Below, one piece after another: positions 38,694-47,556 of a stretch of DNA of 64,000 bases. The first letter of the stretch is position 1, and each line of letters starts with the position of its first letter. The DNA comes from Nitrospinota bacterium (GTDB lineage: Bacteria; UBA8248): assembly GCA_026706735.1 (NCBI GenBank), contig JAPOYD010000021.1, forward strand, positions 5,659-69,658, given 5' to 3'. A program made the position numbers and the translations under genes. Under the pieces are notes generated by a model. It did not search any database. It was not told where the DNA came from and saw nothing but the letters and a program-made list of their open reading frames with translations.

Positions 38694-39764
38694 ATGTCAG
38701 CCAGAATCCGTTTCAGCCCGTGTGGCGCCTTACTCCTCGCCCTCTCCCTGTCCGCCTGCGACAATGCCCAGGAAACGAAGAGCAGAACCCCGACCGCGCG
38801 TCCGGTCAAGCTGATTACGGTCAAAGCGGCCGACGCGATGCGGGTGAATCGCTTCCCGGCGGTGATCGGTGCTGGCCGGCTCTCCGAGTTGAGCCTCCAG
38901 GTGGGCGGCATGCTGCGCGAGTTCCCGGTGAAGAAAGCGCAGAGTCTTAAGCGCGGCGATCTGATCGCCAGACTGGATCAGCGGGATTTCAAATCCACCC
39001 TCGCCTCGGCCAGAGCGCAATACCAAAACGCGGAAAAAGAGTATCGGCGCGCGGTTCGCCTGGCGGCGCAGGACGCCATTGCGCGCGCCGTGCTGGAGCA
39101 GCGCAAAACCCAGCGGGATGTGAACAAGGCGCAGTTGGAACGCGCCGAAAAAGCGCTGGCGGACTCCGTGCTGCGCGCCCCCTTCAAGGGGTTGGTCGCG
39201 CAAACGATGGTGAAGAAACTGCAAAACGTGAAGCCGGGCCAGATCGTCGTAAAATTCATGAGCGACGACACGTTCGAAGCCACCATCGATCTGCCCGCCG
39301 GCTTTGTGGCCAGGATTCCCAAAAAAGCTGCTGAAAACCCCGATCCGCATGCATTCGTCATATTGGACGCGGCCCCGAACCAGCGCATAAGAGCCCTCTA
39401 CAAGGAAGCGACGCTCTTGGCGGATACGGCGTCCCAAACCTACGCGGTCACGTTTGCGTTTCGTCCTCCCGAGAACCTGCTCGTGCTGCCCGGCATGAAC
39501 GCCAACGTGGAGTTGCGAATCGAAAACAAGGCGCAGACGCCGCGCGTGGCGGTGCCCCTGGCCGCGGTGACCAGCGACGGGAAAAACAACTACGTCTGGG
39601 CCGTCGACAAGAAAACGATGAAGGTGTCCAAGCGCGCCGTCACTCTCGAAGAAGGCGTAGGCGAAACGGTTGTCGTTACCGCCGGGCTCGCGGCTGAGGA
39701 AACCATCGCCGGGGCCGGCGCGGCCTATCTGTCGGAGGGCATGAAGATAAGAGAGTGGAAATGA
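38694..39764 (+). CDS. Efflux RND transporter periplasmic adaptor subunit.
   Basis: Lipoprotein signal (LALSLSAC), biotinyl/lipoyl-like and beta-barrel domains, and an HlyD-type coiled coil. The start is trimmed to the ATG at 38694. Confidence 0.85.
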   Translation: MSARIRFSPCGALLLALSLSACDNAQETKSRTPTARPVKLITVKAADAMRVNRFPAVIGAGRLSELSLQVGGMLREFPVKKAQSLKRGDLIARLDQRDFKSTLASARAQYQNAEKEYRRAVRLAAQDAIARAVLEQRKTQRDVNKAQLERAEKALADSVLRAPFKGLVAQTMVKKLQNVKPGQIVVKFMSDDTFEATIDLPAGFVARIPKKAAENPDPHAFVILDAAPNQRIRALYKEATLLADTASQTYAVTFAFRPPENLLVLPGMNANVELRIENKAQTPRVAVPLAAVTSDGKNNYVWAVDKKTMKVSKRAVTLEEGVGETVVVTAGLAAEETIAGAGAAYLSEGMKIREWK

Positions 39765-39816
39765 CGCGCCGTAATCGACTGCTCGGATCGACCCGCGCAA
39801 TCGGGTGCGCCGCGCC

Positions 39817-42800
39817 ATGAACATCGCCGAATTCACCATCAGGAATACCGTGTTGAGCGTCATCGTCATCGCGTTGACGATTGCGGGCGGCTGGTCGGCC
39901 TACCGAAGCATGGCGCGTTTCGAGGATCCGGAATTCATCATTCGCCAGGCTCTCGTCATCACGGGCTATCCGGGCGCCGGCCCTCACGAAGTCGCGCTCG
40001 AGATTACCGAGCCCCTGGAAAAAGCCATCCGGCAAATGGCGGAAATCGATACCATCGAATCCATATCCACTGCGGGAAAATCCGAAATTTCCGTCGAGAT
40101 AAAATACGAAGCGTCACCCACCAAAGCCGACCTCCAGATCATCTGGACCAAGCTGCGAAACAAGGTGAACGACGCCGCCCAGGGCCTGCCGCCCGGCGCG
40201 GAAATGCCCTACGTGGCCGACGATTTCGGCGACGTGTTCGGCCTGCTGTATTTCATTACCGGCAACGGCTATTCGCTCGCCGAGCTTAAACGCTACGGCA
40301 AATCCCTGCAGCGCTCCTTGCTCCAGGTTGAGGGCGTCGCCCGCGTCACGCTGGACGGACTGCAAAAGGAAGCGATTTTCGTCGAGATCTCCAGGCAGGA
40401 TACGGCCGCCCTGGGGCTTTCCATTTCCAACATCTACGACACGCTCGCGCAACAAAACGCCGTCGTCGCATCGGGGGACGTCAAAATCGGCGACCGGCGC
40501 ATCGTGATCGATCCCACCGGGTCGATTGATTCCGTCGAGGCGATCCGAAATCTCCTCGTATCGTCCGACAACAAAGGGAAAGTGATTTTCTTGAAAGACA
40601 TCGCGCGCGTCTGGCGGGGTTACCGCGAGCCCGCGCAAAAACTTTATCGATACAACGGCAAACCGGCGATTGCGCTGGGCGTTTCGGGCGCATCGGGCGG
40701 CAACATCGTGAAAATCGGCGCGGCCATCGACGAGAAAATCGCGGACGGTGAGGGGTCACGCCCGCTGGGCGTCGAGCTTCATGAATTCTACCACCAGGGA
40801 AAAATCGTCGACGAGTCGGTGCGCGTCTTTGTCGCCAACGTGATCGCCGCGCTGGTCATCGTCATCGTCACGCTGCTGATCTTCATGGGGCTGAGATCGG
40901 CCGTCGTGATCGGCGCGATTTTGCTGATGACGATTTTCGCCACCCTGGCGACGATGCATGCCGTCGATATTCCCATGCACCGCATCTCCCTCGGCGCGCT
41001 GATCATCGCCCTGGGCATGATGGTGGACAACGCGATCGTGGTGACCGAGGGCATTCTCGTGGGCGTGCAGAGCGGCGCCGGGAAACTGGAAATTGCGAAC
41101 CGCATCGTCAAACGCGCCATCTGGCCGCTGCTGGGCGGCACCCTGGTCGGCATCATCGCCTTTGCGCCCATCGGCTTCGCGCCCGGCTCCACCGCCGAGT
41201 ATACCGGCCATCTGTTCTGGGTGATCCTGATTTCGCTGATGTACAGCTGGGCGTTCGCCGTCACGCTGACGCCGCTGTTCTGCTATTGGCTCTTCAAGGA
41301 ACCCGCGGCGTCCCCGGGAAGCCACGCGAGGCCCGAGAACGGCTTGCTGCGAACATACAAGCGGTTCCTGCGCTTCGCGCTCAGAATGCGCATCGTCGTC
41401 CTCGTCGGCGTGGTGGGCATATTTCTCGCCTCGGTGTGGGGATTTCGGTTCGTCAAATCCGGATTCTTCCCCGCATCCACCACGCCGCTATTCGTCGTGG
41501 ACTACTGGCTGCCCGAGGGGACGGACATCTCCAAGACCGCGCGCGACATCGCGGAGCTTGAAAAGTTCGTCGCGGGCCTCAAGGGGATCGACGCGGTGCA
41601 GGCGTCCATCGGGGCCGGCGCCCCGCGATTCATGCTGGTCTATCCTCCCGAATCCGGGAACCCGGCCTACGGACAACTGCTGGTGCGCACGGACGACTAT
41701 CGAATCATCGGCGGCCTGATGCCGAAGATTCACGCATACGTGGAAAACGCCTTTCCCCAGGCCCAGGGGAAGGTGTGGCGCTTTGTGCTGGGACCCGGCG
41801 GCGGATCGAAAATCGAGGCCGAGTTCAGCGGTCCCGAGCCGGAGATGCTTCGCGCCCTGGCGGACCGGGCCAAGGCCGTCATGGCGGCCGACGGCGGAGC
41901 GTTGTCGATAAAGGACGACTGGCGGCAACCGGTGAGCGTGATCGAACCCGTTTATGCGGAAAGCCCTGGGCGGCGCGCGGGCGTCTCCCGCGAGGACCTG
42001 GCGAAGGCCCTTCAAAGAAACTTTTCCGGGCGCGTCGTCGGCGTCTACCGCGAGAACGACGAACTGGTTCCGATTATTTCCCGCGCTCCCGAGCAGGAAC
42101 GCGTGAATATCGACAACATCCACAACATCCAGGTGCTGAGTTCGGTCACGGGCAGAGCGGTGCCCATCGGTCAGGTGACCGACGGCTTCCGGACGCTGTG
42201 GCGCGATGGTCTGGTCCGGCGCAAGGACCGCGTCTGGAGAATCAAGGCGCAAAGCGACCCGTACCCGAACGAACTGCCCGCGGACCTCTTCGCGCGCCTT
42301 CGTCCGCAAATCGAAGCCATCGACCTGCCCGAAGGCTACTGGCTCGAATGGGGCGGGGAGCACGGCGACTCCGCCGAAGCCAACGAAAACCTGGCCTCGA
42401 CCCTCCCGTTGGGTTTCCTCGCGATGGTGCTCGTCGTGTTCATCCTGTTCGGCAGCGTCAGGCAGCCCATCGTGATCTGGCTCGTCGTGCCGTTCGCCAT
42501 CATCGGGGTGGTCGTCGGACTCGTGGCGACGGGCACGCCCATGGAGTTCATGGCGATACTGGGTTTGTTGTCGTTGTCGGGGCTGCTGATCAAGAATGCG
42601 ATCGTGCTCGTCGATCAGACCGATCTGGAAATCAGCGAGGGCAAAGCGCGTTTCGATGCCGTGGTCGATGCGGCGGCCAGCCGCGTGCGCCCCGTCATAC
42701 TGGGGGCACTGACAACCGTGCTGGGGGTAATGCCGTTGTTTTTCGATGCGTTCTTCAAGTCGATGTCCGTGGTGCTGGTATTCGGACTCACCTTCGCCAC

Positions 42801-42894
42801 GCTGTTGACGCTGCTGATCGCGCCGGTGCTCTACGCCGTGTTTTTCCGTATTCATTCGGAGGAAATCGAGGGAGCGTTAAACCATGCGGAATAA
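39817..42894 (+). CDS. Efflux RND transporter permease (AcrB/HAE1-like).
   Basis: Roughly 1025 aa, 12 transmembrane segments and two large periplasmic loops, with ACR_tran-type similarity throughout. Confidence 0.9.
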   Translation: MNIAEFTIRNTVLSVIVIALTIAGGWSAYRSMARFEDPEFIIRQALVITGYPGAGPHEVALEITEPLEKAIRQMAEIDTIESISTAGKSEISVEIKYEASPTKADLQIIWTKLRNKVNDAAQGLPPGAEMPYVADDFGDVFGLLYFITGNGYSLAELKRYGKSLQRSLLQVEGVARVTLDGLQKEAIFVEISRQDTAALGLSISNIYDTLAQQNAVVASGDVKIGDRRIVIDPTGSIDSVEAIRNLLVSSDNKGKVIFLKDIARVWRGYREPAQKLYRYNGKPAIALGVSGASGGNIVKIGAAIDEKIADGEGSRPLGVELHEFYHQGKIVDESVRVFVANVIAALVIVIVTLLIFMGLRSAVVIGAILLMTIFATLATMHAVDIPMHRISLGALIIALGMMVDNAIVVTEGILVGVQSGAGKLEIANRIVKRAIWPLLGGTLVGIIAFAPIGFAPGSTAEYTGHLFWVILISLMYSWAFAVTLTPLFCYWLFKEPAASPGSHARPENGLLRTYKRFLRFALRMRIVVLVGVVGIFLASVWGFRFVKSGFFPASTTPLFVVDYWLPEGTDISKTARDIAELEKFVAGLKGIDAVQASIGAGAPRFMLVYPPESGNPAYGQLLVRTDDYRIIGGLMPKIHAYVENAFPQAQGKVWRFVLGPGGGSKIEAEFSGPEPEMLRALADRAKAVMAADGGALSIKDDWRQPVSVIEPVYAESPGRRAGVSREDLAKALQRNFSGRVVGVYRENDELVPIISRAPEQERVNIDNIHNIQVLSSVTGRAVPIGQVTDGFRTLWRDGLVRRKDRVWRIKAQSDPYPNELPADLFARLRPQIEAIDLPEGYWLEWGGEHGDSAEANENLASTLPLGFLAMVLVVFILFGSVRQPIVIWLVVPFAIIGVVVGLVATGTPMEFMAILGLLSLSGLLIKNAIVLVDQTDLEISEGKARFDAVVDAAASRVRPVILGALTTVLGVMPLFFDAFFKSMSVVLVFGLTFATLLTLLIAPVLYAVFFRIHSEEIEGALNHAE

Positions 42895-44308
42895 ATGGGC
42901 GTCGTTGTCCATTCTGGCGTTATCGGTCTGTGTTCTGGTCGCATTGACCGGCTGCGGTCGCGCCAAAGTCGGAGACGATGAAGCCGTCAAAGCCAAAATT
43001 ACGCGTCAGACCACGTTTACGCCACAATCGTGGGCGACGAGCGTGGATGAATCACAGCTGCGAAGCGCGAGACGAGTCGATTGGCTGAAATCCTTTCAGG
43101 ACACGATGCTGCGTGACTTCGTCGCCCAGACTCTCGCCAACAACCGCGACCTCATGGCCGCGGCGGCGAACGTCGAACGCGCGAGAGCATTGGCCGTTCA
43201 AGCGGGCGCTCAATTGAAACCCCAGGTGAATCTGGCCTTCGCCGGTTCGCGTTCCGGCTCGCTCGAGGGCGCCGCGCCCGAGGTCTCGAACTTCTCGACC
43301 TCGGTCCAGTTGAACTGGGAAGTCGATCTCTGGGGACGCATCAGCGCGGGGCGACGCGCCGCCGTCGCCAGCGCCGAAGCCGCGGCCGCCGACTACAAGT
43401 ATGCGCAACACTCCCTGGCGGCGGCGACCGCGAAAGCCTACTTCATCTCCATCGAGGCGGGGCGGCAAACGGCCATACTGAAGGAAATCCTCGCATCGCT
43501 CGACGAAACCTTCCGCATCGTCAATGTGCAATACGAGAACGGACTCGCCTCCGCTCAAGACGTCGCGCTGGCGAAATCAGATCTAGCGTCCACCCGCGAA
43601 CAACTGCTCGCGCTTGAGGCGTCTGAGAGAGAAGCCTTGCGGGCGCTGGAAGTGCTGCTGGGGCGCTACCCCAGAGGCGAGGTCGCCGTACGCGCGTCGC
43701 TGCCGCCTCTGCCGCCCATGCCGCCGCCGGGCGTTCCTTCCGACATACTGGAGCGACGGCCGGATCTGATTGCCGGCGAACGCCGCGTCGCCGCCGCCTT
43801 CAACGCCCTGAAACAGGCGAAGGCCGCGCGCCTGCCGCAGTTGAGCCTGACCAGCAACATCGGCGGAGCCTCTGGTTCCCTGTCGAATATTACCGACCCG
43901 GCCAACATCGCCTGGCGGCTCGTCGGCAACCTGCTGGCCCCCGTATTCGACGGCGGCGCCAGAAAAGCGCAGGTGGAAATTGCGACGGCGGAGCAAAAAC
44001 AAGCCCTGGCGGCGTATGCCCAAACCGCACTCAACGCATTCAGCGAAGTGGAAACCAATCTTGACCTGGCGGGCACGCTCGCCCGGCGTAAAGAGGCGCT
44101 CGGCGTCGCGCTCGCGCAGGCGGAAAAGGCCCACCGGATCGCGCTGCTCAGATACAAGGAAGGCGAAATCGCCCTGATCGATCTGCTGACCATACAACAG
44201 CGCGTGCTCTCGGCGAAGAGCAACATGTTGTCCGTCGGGCGTCTCGCGCTCGAGCAGCGCGTCAATCTCTATCTCGCGCTGGGCGGCGACTGGGAAAGGC
44301 AAGAATAA
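42884..44308 (+). CDS. RND efflux outer-membrane factor lipoprotein (NodT family).
   Basis: A lipobox (LVALTGC) and two OEP repeats. Its start overlaps the stop of the pump gene. Confidence 0.85.
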   Translation: MRNKWASLSILALSVCVLVALTGCGRAKVGDDEAVKAKITRQTTFTPQSWATSVDESQLRSARRVDWLKSFQDTMLRDFVAQTLANNRDLMAAAANVERARALAVQAGAQLKPQVNLAFAGSRSGSLEGAAPEVSNFSTSVQLNWEVDLWGRISAGRRAAVASAEAAAADYKYAQHSLAAATAKAYFISIEAGRQTAILKEILASLDETFRIVNVQYENGLASAQDVALAKSDLASTREQLLALEASEREALRALEVLLGRYPRGEVAVRASLPPLPPMPPPGVPSDILERRPDLIAGERRVAAAFNALKQAKAARLPQLSLTSNIGGASGSLSNITDPANIAWRLVGNLLAPVFDGGARKAQVEIATAEQKQALAAYAQTALNAFSEVETNLDLAGTLARRKEALGVALAQAEKAHRIALLRYKEGEIALIDLLTIQQRVLSAKSNMLSVGRLALEQRVNLYLALGGDWERQE

Positions 44309-44380
44309 GCAATCACCAAACGCCCGGCGCGCGGCTCCTGCATGGCCCCGGCGCCGCACCTGCTCGCCATCCCCGGCTAA

Positions 44381-44461
44381 GCTCTCATGGTCGTGGTGCT
44401 CTCCTTCAACCTGCTGGGCTACGGGCTTCGCGACGCGCTCGATCCGAAACTGAGGAGGTAG
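44381..44461 (+). pseudogene. C-terminal remnant (26 codons) of an OppC/DppC-type ABC permease gene.
   Basis: ALMVVVLSFNLLGYGLRDALDPKLRR* matches the conserved C-terminus of peptide-ABC permeases. There is no upstream gene body and the fragment is stranded in a repeat hotspot. Confidence 0.5.
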
Positions 44462-44493
44462 GGAGGGTCCCGAAGAGGGGAGGAGCGACGCTC

Positions 44494-44624
44494 CCACGGG
44501 AGCGCCACTCTGCCGCAGGGTGGACACTTTCGGTATTCCCCTTCTCGGGAATACCGGCACCCCTACAAGATCGCCACCTTGCGGCAGGGCGGCTCGTTCG
44601 GTCTTCCCCTCCTCGGGGATACCA
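44494..44624. repeat. Two tandem copies of a roughly 63-bp unit, each containing a hairpin (GGTATTCCC-cttctc-GGGAATACC).
   Basis: Unit 1 is at 44494-44556 and unit 2 at 44560-44624, about 80% identical. Confidence 0.5.
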
Positions 44625-44660
44625 ACACCCCTACGGGAAAACCGGAAACAAAAAAGAAAA

Positions 44661-44687
44661 TGGATTCCGGCATGCGCCGGAATGACG
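44661..44687. repeat. Solo family-2 palindrome (TGGATTCCGGCATGCGCCGGAATGACG).
   Basis: A variant of the 28-bp inverted repeat that flanks the GIY-YIG gene. Confidence 0.5.
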
Positions 44688-44794
44688 AACCATCCCCGGC
44701 ATTTCCTCTTTCTTCGTCCAGGTTCAACCCCCCACCGGTGCAGTAAGGGCTTCGCCCTTGAACGGCATTGCCAGCCGACGAGAGAGAAGAGAAC

Positions 44795-44965
44795 CACTCC
44801 CCCCTTGAGAGGGAGTCGACGAGGTAAGGGCGTAAGCCCGCAAGCGAGTCGGTGGGGGGAGTTTCTTCAGTGGCATATCCCCCCACCGAATCGGCCTTCG
44901 CCCAAGGGCTCGGCCTCTTCGTCTGGCTTTCCCCTCGGGAAGCCAGACCCTCAAGGGGGGGAGTG
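44795..44965. mobile_element. Family-1 MITE-like element, copy B.
   Basis: CACTCCCCCCTTGAGAGGG ... CCCTCAAGGGGGGGGAGTG with the same internal core (GGGCGTAAGCCCGCAAG...GGTGGGGGG...CCCCCCACCGAATCGGCCTTCGCCC). Confidence 0.7.
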
Positions 44966-45156
44966 AAATCCAAAATCGCTTCCCGGCGGTTTTTCAACAA
45001 GCCCCGCTTCGGTCGCGATTGATCCTCAAAGGGGAGAGTGCTTTTTCTCTTCTCACCCGGCGGCGGTTTTGACACGCTTAAGCCGGGATGTGGTAAGATT
45101 TATGGTTCCCGGCCGGGGACATAAAGGCCGAATCAAACCCAAGGAGGCGTGACGCC

Positions 45157-45510
45157 ATGAAGGTGATGAACTACAAGGACGCGGAACTCAAGGCAGAGAA
45201 GGCGGCCAGGGGCGCGGGCATCCGCTGGCTGCTCAGCGAGCGCGACGGCGAGACCGGAATGGCGATGCGGGTCATCGAGATAGAGGCGGGCGGGCAGACA
45301 CCCGACCATTCCCACTCCTGGGAGCATCAGGTGTTCATGCTCAAGGGCGAGGGGCGCGTGATCGCCGGCGGCGAGACGCGGGCCATCGCGCCGGGCTCGG
45401 CCATATTCGTGGCGCCCGGCGAGAACCACACCTTCCACAACGATTCGGACGAGACCATGGAGTTCGTCTGCATGATTCCCGTGAGCGCTACCAAGGCGTA
45501 TGAGCACTAG
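45157..45510 (+). CDS. Cupin-domain protein.
   Basis: Cupin_2 motifs (PDHSHSWEHQVFMLKGEG...PGENHTFHN). The ATG is preceded by AAGGAGG. Confidence 0.75.
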   Translation: MKVMNYKDAELKAEKAARGAGIRWLLSERDGETGMAMRVIEIEAGGQTPDHSHSWEHQVFMLKGEGRVIAGGETRAIAPGSAIFVAPGENHTFHNDSDETMEFVCMIPVSATKAYEH

Positions 45511-45589
45511 AGCGGGAGTTGCGCTTTTCCCGCCTTGAATTTCCGTAAAATTCGATAAAATAGGATAAATTCACGGGGTTTTTCGGTAC

Positions 45590-45770
45590 ATTTCCGCAAA
45601 TTTTTGAGGGGAAATGCGCGGATTTGCGGGGAATTGCGGGCGCGTAACCCGCGCAAATGCGGGGAACTGCGCGGGTGAAAATCCTCCTCCCGCAGAAACA
45701 TCGTGAGGATACCACGGCTCCGCAGGGGTGCGCGCTGCGGCAACTGCGGGGAATTGCGGGGCTGGAACCA
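45590..45770. promoter_or_regulatory. Cluster of repeated TGCGGGGAA(T/C)TGCG(G) motifs with a GCGGGCGCG..CCCGCGC palindrome.
   Basis: At least three copies (atttgcggggaattgcggg; aaatgcggggaactgcgcggg; caactgcggggaattgcgggg) lie at the high-GC/low-GC junction upstream of the GAF-GGDEF gene. Confidence 0.35.
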
Positions 45771-46092
45771 AGGGCGGGCGTTCGTCCCGGGCGTCCGCGA
45801 ATACCACAATATGTAGTCTCAAAAAATGATTTCTTACACAATATATGGACCATCCCGACTCATCTGCGGAAAAATCACCAGAAAATTTATTTTTTACAAC
45901 AACAACTCATTATATATCAATAAGTTATAATTATTTATGCAGGAATCGCTTTAAGCGGAGGGATAAGGCCAAATTATTTTATTTCATTTAATATCAATAA
46001 ATACAACAGATTATGATGACTAATGAAAAAATTACTTGAAATAAATTCCAGGCATTTGATATATTCCGGAACGTCCCAATCCGTCCCGTCGG

Positions 46093-47556
46093 GTGTCAGC
46101 AATGACGAATCTGGAAAGAGATCTTTTCTCCCTCATCACGCTCGTCAGCAACGTGACGGAAGCGTATTCCGCCTGCTTATTCCTTGAAAACAAACGCCGT
46201 AAGACTTATCAGCTCACCACGTACCACAGCCTGAGTCCATATATTCTCGCGGATGCTTCGGTCGATGTGGGCCAGGGCTTCATGGGTTGGGTTTTGGAGA
46301 ACAACGAGCCGTTAAGCGTCAATCAGTTCGACAAAGACACCCTGGTTCTCGGCTATTACAGCAGGAATGAGGATATCAAGTCCTTCATGGCGACCCCCCT
46401 GCCTTCTTCAATCAACAAAGGGGCGCTCGCCATCGACAGCAAAAAAAGCTGGTGCTTCACGTCCAGAGACCAAAAGATACTCGCGGGGTTCGCCCAGCAA
46501 TTCGCCTATCTTGCAGACGGTGCCATGACGAGCGTTCAAATGGAGCGACGCTCCATGAACGTTCCCGCCTTCAGCAGATACCTGACTTCGCTTCGATCCA
46601 GCGAGAACGAAGGTCAATTGTTGAATGCGATATGCCAGGTACCGCGCGAGTTGCTTCCCTTCGACGCCTGCTTCCTCGTCCTCATTGACGAGGAAGCAGG
46701 CTTCCCCCGTCTTGTCCGAACTTCTGGATTTGGAGAACTCTTCCTGGGCGAAGTCACCATTAGTGAACGCGCAAGCCTGGCGGGGTATGCACTAAATAAA
46801 AAAGAAAGCTTAAGGCTCACGGATCTGAAGGGGAAAAAAGGAACCAGACCACTCTTCCATCATGATGAACCCCAGTTCGATGCGCGTTCCGCCGTGTGCC
46901 TTCCTCTCATCTCAAGAGGTGAAATTCTTGGTTGTCTGGGGTTCACTAGCAAACATCGGGCACAATTTGACGCAACTTCTATTCAACGCGGAGAAATCAT
47001 TGCCGCTATTGTGGCAGATACAATCGCAAATCGGAAAAACGATTTGCGCTGGCAAGCACGTTTAGAAATCGACACCCTCACTGGCGAACCGAATATACAG
47101 TATCTGCATTCTCGTCTTCATGAAATCATCTGCGAGGCAGAAGCAAGGGGGCGCCAACTAGCGTTGCTCAGCATCGCTCCCGATGCTTCATCAGAATTCA
47201 AGGATATATCTCAGGAAGAGGTAATTCTTCAACTCTCGAATTCGCTAAAACAATTCGCTACTGGAAATGATATTTTAGTGCGGCATGAGGGGCCCCGATT
47301 CCTCTTGTTGTTGCAAGACTCCTCCCAAGAATATGCTGAAGCTGTAGCAGACCGAATATTAAATGTCGTTGATCACACCCCCTTCTACTTCGGCGGAAAA
47401 GAGTTCGAAATCACGATTTCAATAGGTGCAGCATGTTTCCCTGAAACTGCGAGAAGCTCAAGAAACCTTATCCAATCATCTCTTGAAGCACTCGGATTCG
47501 CTCAAAAGGGGGGCGGTGTAAATCAACTTTGCTTTATGGGGGGAGATAGTTCATGA
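46093..47556 (+). CDS. Tandem-GAF sensor protein with a degenerate GGDEF domain (predicted non-catalytic).
   Basis: Two GAF-like domains, then a GGDEF fold (IDTLTGEPN..., LALLSIAPD..F, SIGAA). The catalytic site reads RHEGPRF instead of RxGG(D/E)EF. Low GC. Confidence 0.8.
   Translation: MSAMTNLERDLFSLITLVSNVTEAYSACLFLENKRRKTYQLTTYHSLSPYILADASVDVGQGFMGWVLENNEPLSVNQFDKDTLVLGYYSRNEDIKSFMATPLPSSINKGALAIDSKKSWCFTSRDQKILAGFAQQFAYLADGAMTSVQMERRSMNVPAFSRYLTSLRSSENEGQLLNAICQVPRELLPFDACFLVLIDEEAGFPRLVRTSGFGELFLGEVTISERASLAGYALNKKESLRLTDLKGKKGTRPLFHHDEPQFDARSAVCLPLISRGEILGCLGFTSKHRAQFDATSIQRGEIIAAIVADTIANRKNDLRWQARLEIDTLTGEPNIQYLHSRLHEIICEAEARGRQLALLSIAPDASSEFKDISQEEVILQLSNSLKQFATGNDILVRHEGPRFLLLLQDSSQEYAEAVADRILNVVDHTPFYFGGKEFEITISIGAACFPETARSSRNLIQSSLEALGFAQKGGGVNQLCFMGGDSS

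Noticed and set aside
44494-44624. Possible CRISPR array (tandem repeats with hairpins).
   Set aside because: There are only two units and they are directly adjacent, with no intervening unique spacers. No cas genes are present. Elsewhere the repeats are palindromic MITE/REP-like, not regularly spaced.
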